Translations under genes and position numbers: made by a program
The notes under the pieces: generated by a model
What the model was told of the DNA's origin: nothing
Databases searched by the model: none
Seen by the model: the letters and a program-made list of their open reading frames with translations, nothing else
In this document: positions 24,968-32,000 of the stretch, in pieces
Position numbering within the stretch: position 1 is the stretch's first letter
Layout of the letters: each line of letters opens with the position of its first letter
Assembly (NCBI RefSeq): GCF_017876815.1
Contig: NZ_JAGIOS010000001.1
Location: 210,001 to 242,000, forward strand
DNA: 32,000 bases
Reading direction: 5' to 3'
DNA from: Sinorhizobium meliloti
Lineage (GTDB): Bacteria; Pseudomonadota; Alphaproteobacteria; Rhizobiales; Rhizobiaceae

Positions 24968-26767
24968 TCAGGCGCGGTCGAGGGGCTCCATGACGAGACC
25001 TTCTTCGCTCGCCTTGGCGCGCGCCTTTATCTCCGCAATCCGCTTGCTCACGGTCTGGCCGTCCGAGAGGACAAGGCCTTCGGGAAGCACAAGTACCGCA
25101 ATCGAACAGCGCATCAGTGGGAAAGCCTTCGTGAGGCCGTCGCGGCCATATCCGCTGATCCGTCCCGCCGACAGATGCTCGGGCGAATAGAGCTGGCGGA
25201 CGTCCGAGCGGAAGTCGTCGATCAGGCGTGAAAGGACGCCCCGGATATCCTCCTCGGTACAGCCGTCGATGCCGATGAAGAAATCGTCGCCTCCGACGTG
25301 ACCAAGGAATTTTTCTTCGCCGATGAAGTGGCGCCGCAGGAGCGCCGCGAACAGGGTGATCGCGAGATCCCCCTTCTGGAAACCATATGTGTCGTTGAAG
25401 GGCTTGAAATCGTCGAAGTCGCAATAGCAGAAGTAGCGGGCCTGATCGCCGTCCAGGATCGCGTTCTGGACATAATCGCGGATCGCCCGATTGCCGGGGA
25501 GGCCCGTCAACGGATTCTGCTCCTGGGCCATCTTCAACTGCTTCTCGTTGATGATCTTCAGGAGCGACGAAGCGGAGAGAATGCCGGCATAGCGCATGTT
25601 CTCCGTCAGCATGACGCAGTCGCTCCCGTCCATACCGGCGAAGATCTTGAGCATCTCGTCGGCGGGCGTGTCGAGATCGGCGATCGGCGCGGGCGTGACG
25701 AAATGCGAGATGCGGCGCTGATAGAGGCGGTTCTTCAGGAGGTCGCGACCGAAGGGATGATAGATCATCTCCTTGACGTGGTACTCGTGCAGGATGCCAC
25801 GCGGTTCGCCATTGGCATTCAGTACCGGAAAGAAGGCCTGGCGCGGATTGAGCCGGAAAAGGTGGAACACGGAATCGAGGTCGTCGCTCTCCCGCACCGC
25901 CGGAAGCTGCTCGATCTCCTTCCGGATCAGGATGCTGTCCAGCGTCGAAGAGGGCCGCCGGGTGCCGCTCGTCGGTTCGAGATGCGGATAGACGGCCTGC
26001 AGTTCCATGATATGCGTCGTCGGCCGCGCGATGAAATAGCCCTGCATCAGATCGCAACCGAGGTCGCGGCAGACGAGAAACTCCGCCTCCGTCTCCACAC
26101 CCTCGGCGATCACCCGCGTCCCGAGAGCATGGGCCATATTGACCGTGTGGCGGACAAGGTGGCGCTTGCGCGCATCCTTGTCGATCTCGGAAACGAAATG
26201 CCGGTCGATCTTCACATAGTCTACCGGCTGATCGCAGAGCAGTTTCAAGCCGCTGAACCCGGCGCCGAAATCGTCGATCGCCAGCTTGAAGCCCGCGAGC
26301 CGCAGTTGCCGCACGAGCACCGGGAAGTCCGGCATCTTGCTGCTGTCGAAGCGTTCCGACAGTTCGAAGCAAAGCGAGGAAGGAGCGATATTCGCGCGCT
26401 TCAAGTGGCTGACGAGGCGTTCGACAATGTCCCCCTCGCCGCCGATGAGCCTCGCATCGAAATTGAGAAAGAGCGTGCGCGCCGAAAAGTCCGGGAGCGT
26501 GGCAAAGGCGGCGACGGCGCGGCTGTTGATCAGGTGCTCGAGCGCGAGCAACTGTCCGGCGGCCTCGGCCTTGTCGAGCAACTCGACCGGCGAGGCGAAG
26601 CCCAGGCGCTCGAACCCGCGCATCAGGGATTCATAGCCGAACACCGCCCCGGTCGTCGCTTCCACGATCGGCTGGAGGGCATTTTCGATGACGAGTTTGG
26701 CAAGCGTCACGATTTGGTCGTCGCCGAAACGGCGAAGCGACAGTATTTCTGCGGGGGCGGCCGACAT
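24968..26767 (-). CDS. EAL - tandem CBS - GGDEF(degenerate GGDDF) c-di-GMP signalling protein
   Basis: The N-terminal EAL domain shows FGYESLMRG, FELSER, IDDFGAGFSGL, DYVKIDRHF, EGVETE and QGYFIARP. The central part looks like two CBS repeats. The C-terminal GGDEF domain (LTGLPGNR, DFDDFKPFNDTYG) has GGDDF in place of GGDEF and no RxxD I-site. The start at 26767 (MSAAPAEIL) versus 26824 is unresolved. Confidence 0.85.
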   Translation of the reverse strand: MSAAPAEILSLRRFGDDQIVTLAKLVIENALQPIVEATTGAVFGYESLMRGFERLGFASPVELLDKAEAAGQLLALEHLINSRAVAAFATLPDFSARTLFLNFDARLIGGEGDIVERLVSHLKRANIAPSSLCFELSERFDSSKMPDFPVLVRQLRLAGFKLAIDDFGAGFSGLKLLCDQPVDYVKIDRHFVSEIDKDARKRHLVRHTVNMAHALGTRVIAEGVETEAEFLVCRDLGCDLMQGYFIARPTTHIMELQAVYPHLEPTSGTRRPSSTLDSILIRKEIEQLPAVRESDDLDSVFHLFRLNPRQAFFPVLNANGEPRGILHEYHVKEMIYHPFGRDLLKNRLYQRRISHFVTPAPIADLDTPADEMLKIFAGMDGSDCVMLTENMRYAGILSASSLLKIINEKQLKMAQEQNPLTGLPGNRAIRDYVQNAILDGDQARYFCYCDFDDFKPFNDTYGFQKGDLAITLFAALLRRHFIGEEKFLGHVGGDDFFIGIDGCTEEDIRGVLSRLIDDFRSDVRQLYSPEHLSAGRISGYGRDGLTKAFPLMRCSIAVLVLPEGLVLSDGQTVSKRIAEIKARAKASEEGLVMEPLDRA

Positions 26768-26875
26768 GCCGGGCTCCAGGGATAGGACACACAAACGCGC
26801 GCCAGCATCGGAGCAAGGCGTCAACGAAATCTTTCGCGAATGTGAAAGTTTGATGAAGCTTCGGAAAAGGCCTGC

Positions 26876-27424
26876 TCAGCCCCTCGCAAGAACCCCGAAG
26901 GCGATCGAGGCCAGCCCCTGCATGACGAGATCGACCGCCAGGAAAAGACCCAGTATCCAGAGACTGTCGACCGGCCAGCCGGCGGCGATGATGAGGCCGG
27001 CTAGCAGCGTCACGAGGCCGCCGATGACCATCCACCCCCAGCCGCCGAGCGGCCGAAGCCTGAACCCTACCCAGATGCGGGAGCAACCGGCGGCGATCAG
27101 CGCCAGGGCCAGCAGAAACGTCAGCACGGAGGAGGCGAGGACAGGATTGATGAAGGCGAACAGGCCCGCTGCGGCGTAGAAGGCGCCGCTCAATATCCAG
27201 TAAAGGACACTCCCCCAGCTTTTGACCTGAAAGGCGTGGGCGAGATTGAGCAGGCCGCCGATCAGCATGATGAGACCGACGTAATAGACGGAGGCGACTG
27301 TCGCCATCAGCAGGTTTCCGAAGGCGATGCCGCCGCACATGATCAGAAGCACGCCGAGTGCGACGAACCACCCCCATTTTCCGGCAAGGGCCTCTCTGCC
27401 GGCTGGATCGGACGCGTGAACCAT
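26876..27424 (-). CDS. hdeD: HdeD/DUF308-family membrane protein
   Basis: 182 aa with six predicted TM helices. The repeated pattern WGWFVALGVLLIMCGGIAF ... GGLLNLAHAF ... WILSGAFYAAAGL is typical of DUF308/HdeD. Confidence 0.8.
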   Translation of the reverse strand: MVHASDPAGREALAGKWGWFVALGVLLIMCGGIAFGNLLMATVASVYYVGLIMLIGGLLNLAHAFQVKSWGSVLYWILSGAFYAAAGLFAFINPVLASSVLTFLLALALIAAGCSRIWVGFRLRPLGGWGWMVIGGLVTLLAGLIIAAGWPVDSLWILGLFLAVDLVMQGLASIAFGVLARG

Positions 27425-27518
27425 TTCAACCTCCAGTCATGCCGATGCGCATGGACGCCTCCCGCTGATTGAGCCGGATTTCCAAGCAAAAAGAAAGAGA
27501 AAAGCGCAGATTTTTTTA

Positions 27519-27538
27519 TTGATTGATGGATCAATCAA
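27519..27538. promoter_or_regulatory. Putative BetI operator
   Basis: TTGATTGAT-GG-ATCAATCAA has 9-bp perfect inverted arms. It lies in an AT-rich stretch 30 nt upstream of the betI start. TetR-family autoregulation through such dyads is well established, and the E. coli BetI operator is also TTGA-rich. Confidence 0.65.
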
Positions 27539-27567
27539 AAATAAGCTGGCACCTGAGGAGTTCGAAG

Positions 27568-28179
27568 ATGCCGAAGGTCGGAATGGAGCCGGTGCGCCGC
27601 AAGGCGCTGGTCGATGCGGCGCTGCGCGTGATCGGCGATCAGGGTACGCTCGCGGTGACCATGTCGGAGATCGCGCGGACGGCCGGCGTCTCACCCGCGC
27701 TCGCGCATCACTATTTCGGCAGCAAGGAGCAGTTGCTGATCGCCACGATCCGCAGCCTCCTGGGCAAATTGCGCGACGACGCCGTCGCGGCAATGAAAGC
27801 GGCGGCGACGCCGCGCGAAAGGGTGAGCGCGTTGATCCGCGTGAGCTTCCGCGCCGATCAGTTCGCGCCGGAGACGGTCGCCGCCTGGCTCGCCTTCTAT
27901 TCGGAGGCGCAACGGTCGGAGGAGGTGCGGCGGCTGCTCGTGATCTATGCACGGCGGCTGCGCTCCAATCTGCTTGTGGGCCTGAGAGCGCTCTGCCCGG
28001 CGGACGACGCGGAGCGCATCGCCGAAGGCGCGGCTGCGATGATCGACGGGCTCTACATCCGGCAAAGTTTGAAGTCGGCGCCGATCAGCATCGAAGCATC
28101 GGTCGCGCTCACGGAAGATTATGTGAATGCGCATTTACGGGCGAATGGTGACGGGAAATACCCCTCTCCTCGGGTTTAA
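27568..28179 (+). CDS. betI: TetR-family choline-responsive repressor BetI
   Basis: MPKVGMEPVRRKALVDAALRVIGDQGTLAVTMSEIARTAGVSPALAHHYFGSKEQLL is a TetR HTH. It is the first gene upstream of betC-betB-betA. GAGGAG lies upstream of the ATG at 27568. The last 5 codons and the stop lie inside the downstream repeat. Confidence 0.9.
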   Translation: MPKVGMEPVRRKALVDAALRVIGDQGTLAVTMSEIARTAGVSPALAHHYFGSKEQLLIATIRSLLGKLRDDAVAAMKAAATPRERVSALIRVSFRADQFAPETVAAWLAFYSEAQRSEEVRRLLVIYARRLRSNLLVGLRALCPADDAERIAEGAAAMIDGLYIRQSLKSAPISIEASVALTEDYVNAHLRANGDGKYPSPRV

Positions 28180-28288
28180 CCCGAGGACTAACCCTCTCCC
28201 CGCGTGCGGGGAGAGGGAACTTCGGCAGCACCGCATGTCCCTTCTCCCCGCCGGCGGGGAGAAGGTGGCGGCAGCCGGATGAGGGGCA
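28161..28288. repeat. RIME-like mosaic palindromic repeat (betI-betC intergenic)
   Basis: Three consecutive hairpins are present: CTCGGGTT-T-AACCCGAG, CCCTCTCCCCGC-GT-GCGGGGAGAGGG and CCTTCTCCCCGCC-GGCGGGGAGAAGG. They are followed by GGCGGCAGCCGGATGAGGGGCA. A second copy is at 31363-31526. Confidence 0.9.
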
Positions 28289-28345
28289 ATTTCCACCTGA
28301 ACCAAGCAAGACGAGCAAGAATTCGAACCATCGAGGAACCGACCA

Positions 28346-29884
28346 GTGACCACCGGTAAGCCCAACATTCTGATCATCATGGTGGACCAGTTGAACGGAA
28401 AGCTCTTTCCGGACGGGCCTGCAGACTTCCTGCATGCGCCCAACCTGAAGGCGCTGGCCAAGCGGTCGGCGCGTTTCCACAACAACTACACCTCGTCGCC
28501 CCTGTGTGCCCCTGCCCGCGCATCCTTCATGGCCGGGCAATTGCCGAGCCGCACCCGGGTCTACGACAATGCTGCCGAATACCAGTCGTCGATCCCAACC
28601 TATGCACATCACCTGCGCCGGGCCGGCTACTACACCGCGCTTTCCGGCAAGATGCATTTCGTCGGGCCGGACCAGTTGCACGGCTTCGAGGAGCGGCTGA
28701 CGACCGACATCTATCCCGCCGATTTCGGCTGGACGCCGGATTACCGCAAGCCGGGCGAGCGGATCGACTGGTGGTATCACAATCTCGGCTCCGTCACCGG
28801 CGCCGGGGTCGCCGAAATCACCAACCAGATGGAATATGACGACGAGGTGGCCTTCCTCGCAAACCAGAAGCTCTACCAGCTTTCGCGGGAGAACGACGAC
28901 GAGAGCCGGCGTCCCTGGTGCCTCACCGTCTCCTTCACCCACCCGCACGACCCCTATGTCGCGCGGCGGAAATTCTGGGATCTCTACGAGGATTGCGAGC
29001 ACCTCACGCCCGAGGTCGGCGCCATTCCCCTCGACGAGCAGGACCCGCATTCGCAACGGATCATGCTCTCCTGCGACTACCAGAATTTCGACGTGACCGA
29101 GGAGAATGTCCGCCGCTCGCGCCGCGCCTATTTCGCCAATATCTCCTATCTCGACGAGAAGGTGGGCGAGCTGATCGACACGCTCACGCGGACGCGGATG
29201 CTCGACGATACGCTCATCCTCTTCTGTTCCGACCACGGCGACATGCTCGGCGAGCGCGGCCTCTGGTTCAAGATGAACTTCTTCGAAGGCTCGGCGCGCG
29301 TGCCGCTGATGATTGCCGGCCCGGGTATCGCACCCGGCCTGCATCTGACGCCGACCTCCAATCTCGACGTGACGCCGACGCTTGCGGACCTCGCCGGCAT
29401 TTCGCTCGAGGAAGTGAGGCCCTGGACCGATGGCGTCAGCCTCGTGCCGATGGTCAACGGCGTCGAACGCACGGAGCCGGTGCTGATGGAATACGCGGCT
29501 GAGGCCTCCTATGCACCGCTGGTCGCCATCCGCGAGGGCAAGTGGAAATATGTCTACTGCGCGCTCGATCCGGAGCAGCTCTTCGATCTCGAGGCAGATC
29601 CGCTGGAGCTTACGAACCTCGCGGAAAATCCGCGCGGGCCCGTCGATCAGGCGACGCTCACGGCATTCCGCGACATGCGCGCGGCGCATTGGGACATGGA
29701 AGCCTTCGACGCTGCCGTGCGCGAGAGCCAGGCACGGCGCTGGGTGGTCTACGAAGCGCTTCGCAACGGCGCCTACTACCCCTGGGACCACCAGCCGCTG
29801 CAAAAGGCATCGGAGCGCTACATGCGCAACCACATGAACCTCGACACTCTCGAGGAATCCAAACGCTATCCGCGAGGAGAATGA
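28346..29884 (+). CDS. betC: Choline sulfatase
   Basis: [11 protein letters not shown] and [15 protein letters not shown] carry the sulfatase formylglycine motif C-x-P-x-R. 512 aa, with a GTG start at 28346 and GAGGA 9 nt upstream. It sits between betI and betB, as in the Sinorhizobium betICBA operon. Confidence 0.9.
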   Translation: MTTGKPNILIIMVDQLNGKLFPDGPADFLHAPNLKALAKRSARFHNNYTSSPLCAPARASFMAGQLPSRTRVYDNAAEYQSSIPTYAHHLRRAGYYTALSGKMHFVGPDQLHGFEERLTTDIYPADFGWTPDYRKPGERIDWWYHNLGSVTGAGVAEITNQMEYDDEVAFLANQKLYQLSRENDDESRRPWCLTVSFTHPHDPYVARRKFWDLYEDCEHLTPEVGAIPLDEQDPHSQRIMLSCDYQNFDVTEENVRRSRRAYFANISYLDEKVGELIDTLTRTRMLDDTLILFCSDHGDMLGERGLWFKMNFFEGSARVPLMIAGPGIAPGLHLTPTSNLDVTPTLADLAGISLEEVRPWTDGVSLVPMVNGVERTEPVLMEYAAEASYAPLVAIREGKWKYVYCALDPEQLFDLEADPLELTNLAENPRGPVDQATLTAFRDMRAAHWDMEAFDAAVRESQARRWVVYEALRNGAYYPWDHQPLQKASERYMRNHMNLDTLEESKRYPRGE

Positions 29885-29885
29885 G

Positions 29886-31349
29886 ATGAGAGCCCAACCG
29901 AAAGCCTCGCACTTCATCGACGGCGAATATGTCGAGGACGCCGCCGGCACGGTGATCGAGAGCATCTATCCGGCGACCGGCGAAATCATCGCCCGGCTCC
30001 ATGCCGCAACGCCTGGGATCGTCGAGAAGGCGATCGCCGCGGCCAAGCGCGCGCAGCCGGAATGGGCGGCGATGAGCCCGACGGCGCGCGGCCGCATCCT
30101 GAAGCGGGCCGCCGAGCTCATGCGCCAGCGCAACCGCGAGCTTTCCGAACTCGAAACGCTCGACACCGGCAAGCCGATCCAGGAAACCATCGTCGCCGAC
30201 CCGACGTCCGGCGCCGACAGTTTCGAATTCTTCGGCGGCGTCGCGCCCGCCGCACTCAACGGCGATTATATCCCGCTCGGCGGCGACTTCGCCTATACGA
30301 AGCGGGTGCCGCTCGGCGTCTGCGTCGGCATCGGCGCCTGGAACTATCCGCAGCAGATCGCCTGCTGGAAGGGTGCGCCTGCGCTCGTCGCCGGCAATGC
30401 GATGGTGTTCAAGCCTTCGGAAAACACCCCGCTCGGCGCGCTTAAGATCGCCGAAATCCTTATCGAAGCGGGTCTGCCGAAGGGCCTGTTCAACGTCATC
30501 CAGGGCGACCGCGCGACGGGCCCGCTCCTCGTCAACCATCCGGACGTCGCCAAGGTGTCGCTCACCGGCTCCGTGCCGACGGGCAAAAAAGTCGCGGGCG
30601 CCGCGGCGGCCGAACTCAAGCACGTCACCATGGAGCTCGGCGGCAAGTCGCCGCTGATCGTCTTCGACGATGCCGATCTCGAAAGCGCGATCGGCGGCGC
30701 CATGCTCGGCAATTTCTATTCGACCGGCCAGGTCTGCTCCAACGGCACGCGCGTCTTCGTGCAAAGGAAGATCAAGGAGCCTTTCCTCGCCCGCCTCAAG
30801 GAACGCACCGAAGCGATCGTCATCGGCGACCCCCTGGACGAGGCGACGCAGCTCGGTCCGATGGTCTCGGCGGCGCAACGCGACAAGGTCTTCTCCTATA
30901 TCGGGAAGGGCAAGGCGGAAGGCGCCCGCCTCGTCACCGGCGGCGGCATTCCCAATAATGTGAGCGGCGAAGGCACCTATATCCAGCCGACCGTCTTCGC
31001 CGACGTCACCGACGGGATGACGATCGCGCGCGAAGAAATCTTCGGACCGGTCATGTGCGTGCTCGACTTCGACGACGAGGTGGAAGTCATCGCACGCGCC
31101 AACGCCACCGAATTCGGCCTTTCGGCCGGCGTCTTCACCGCGGACCTCACCCGCGCCCACCGGGTCGCCGACCGGCTCGAAGCCGGCACGCTCTGGATCA
31201 ACACCTACAATCTCTGCCCGGTAGAGATCCCCTTTGGCGGGTCCAAGCAATCGGGTTTCGGGCGGGAGAATTCGGTCGCGGCGCTCAACCACTATACCGA
31301 GCTCAAGACCGTCTATGTCGGCATGGGGCCGGTCGAGGCGCCGTATTGA
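29886..31349 (+). CDS. betB: Betaine aldehyde dehydrogenase
   Basis: ALDH signatures are present ([33 protein letters not shown]). The ATG is 1 nt after the betC stop. Confidence 0.95.
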   Translation: MRAQPKASHFIDGEYVEDAAGTVIESIYPATGEIIARLHAATPGIVEKAIAAAKRAQPEWAAMSPTARGRILKRAAELMRQRNRELSELETLDTGKPIQETIVADPTSGADSFEFFGGVAPAALNGDYIPLGGDFAYTKRVPLGVCVGIGAWNYPQQIACWKGAPALVAGNAMVFKPSENTPLGALKIAEILIEAGLPKGLFNVIQGDRATGPLLVNHPDVAKVSLTGSVPTGKKVAGAAAAELKHVTMELGGKSPLIVFDDADLESAIGGAMLGNFYSTGQVCSNGTRVFVQRKIKEPFLARLKERTEAIVIGDPLDEATQLGPMVSAAQRDKVFSYIGKGKAEGARLVTGGGIPNNVSGEGTYIQPTVFADVTDGMTIAREEIFGPVMCVLDFDDEVEVIARANATEFGLSAGVFTADLTRAHRVADRLEAGTLWINTYNLCPVEIPFGGSKQSGFGRENSVAALNHYTELKTVYVGMGPVEAPY

Positions 31350-31362
31350 AAGTTGGCGCTTG

Positions 31363-31526
31363 CCCCTCTCCTCGGGTTTAACCCGAGGACTAACCCTCTC
31401 CCCGCTCGCGGGGAGAGGGGACCGGAGGCAGCGAGCTTCCGCGCCGGCGGCAGAGGGACTGAGCGGGCGCCGCGTGTCCTTCTCCCCGCGAGCGTGGAGA
31501 AGGTGGCGGCAGCCGGATGAGGGGCA
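31363..31526. repeat. RIME-like mosaic palindromic repeat (betB-betA intergenic)
   Basis: It has the same left end (CCCCTCTCCTCGGGTTTAACCCGAGGACTAACCCTCTCCCCGC) and right end (TCCTTCTCCCCGCGAGCGTGGAGAAGGTGGCGGCAGCCGGATGAGGGGCA) as 28161-28288. The central filler is about 36 bp longer and different. Confidence 0.9.
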
Positions 31527-31559
31527 TGCCGAGTGCATCCAAAAAAGAAAGCAGCGAGA

Positions 31560-32000
31560 ATGCAGGCAGATTTCGTCATCATCGGTTCCGGCTCGGCGGG
31601 CTCCGCGCTCGCCTATCGCCTGTCGGAAGACGGCAGGAATTCGGTCATCGTGCTCGAGTTCGGCGGCTCGGATGTCGGTCCGTTCATCCAGATGCCGGCA
31701 GCGCTTGCCTGGCCGATGAGCATGAACCGCTATAATTGGGGCTATCTCTCCGAACCCGAGCCGAACCTCAACAACAGGCGCATCACCGCGCCGCGCGGCA
31801 AGGTGATCGGCGGCTCCTCCTCGATCAACGGCATGGTCTATGTCCGCGGCCACTCGGAAGACTTCAACCGCTGGGAGGAACTCGGCGCACAAGGCTGGGC
31901 CTATGCGGACGTGCTGCCCTATTACAAGCGGATGGAGCATTCGCATGGCGGCGAAGAGGGCTGGCGCGGCACCGACGGGCCGCTGCACGTCCAGCGCGGC
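31560..32000 (+). CDS. betA: Choline dehydrogenase (GMC oxidoreductase), N-terminal part; continues beyond the window
   Basis: Manual translation from the ATG at 31560 gives [36 protein letters not shown] ... [18 protein letters not shown]. This is the FAD-binding GxGxxG plus the GMC signature. It is absent from the track because it runs off the edge. Confidence 0.9.
   Translation, partial: MQADFVIIGSGSAGSALAYRLSEDGRNSVIVLEFGGSDVGPFIQMPAALAWPMSMNRYNWGYLSEPEPNLNNRRITAPRGKVIGGSSSINGMVYVRGHSEDFNRWEELGAQGWAYADVLPYYKRMEHSHGGEEGWRGTDGPLHVQRG

Noticed and set aside
28161-31526. Possibility that the repeated palindromic units represent a CRISPR array
   Set aside because: Only two copies are present, 3 kb apart and separated by real genes. 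The units are mosaic and differ in length, there is no regular repeat-spacer periodicity, and there are no cas genes.

Overview
This is a high-GC alphaproteobacterial chromosomal segment. Gene content points to a Sinorhizobium/Ensifer-type (Rhizobiaceae) core chromosome. The main marker is a betI-betC-betB-betA operon that includes the choline sulfatase betC and carries mosaic palindromic repeats between its genes. I can support about 33 protein-coding genes, most of them housekeeping, redox or detoxification functions. They include a partial class A beta-lactamase, a ZntR/CadR-like MerR regulator, a GNAT acetyltransferase, the cytochrome c pair cycF-cycG, a LysE exporter with a divergent YafY/WYL regulator, sodB and a VOC/glyoxalase protein. 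Next come a class IV aminotransferase, a Zn-ADH, a CX5R phosphatase, a type II haloacid dehalogenase, tam, an aldo/keto reductase, a DUF853 (YjgR-like) ATPase with a PhnA-like small protein, and divergent ohr/ohrR. The rest are an L,D-transpeptidase, two c-di-GMP turnover proteins (PAS-GAF-GGDEF-EAL and EAL-CBS-GGDEF), two GSTs, a LysR regulator, an asparaginase-II family protein, a DUF3750-like protein, a quinone oxidoreductase, HdeD and betICBA. I found no rRNA or tRNA genes, CRISPR array, transposase, integrase, phage genes or recognisable defence genes. The window looks like ordinary core genome, and I cannot support a claim of a large novel multi-gene system. What the genes do not explain is all in intergenic DNA. 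(1) A promoter-to-terminator unit lies between the MerR-family gene and the GNAT gene, with a 16-codon uORF and mutually exclusive pairings that touch the GNAT ribosome-binding site; it is a candidate sRNA or attenuator. (2) Three families of palindromic intergenic repeats are present, including a 221-bp MITE-like element with perfect 17-bp terminal inverted repeats, and two of these repeats supply the stop codons of betI and tam. (3) A strongly RBS-equipped 23-codon ORF sits downstream of qor. (4) Several perfect palindromes lie in 5' regions. Most very long ORFs in the six-frame track are antisense or off-frame shadows of real genes, as expected at this GC content.
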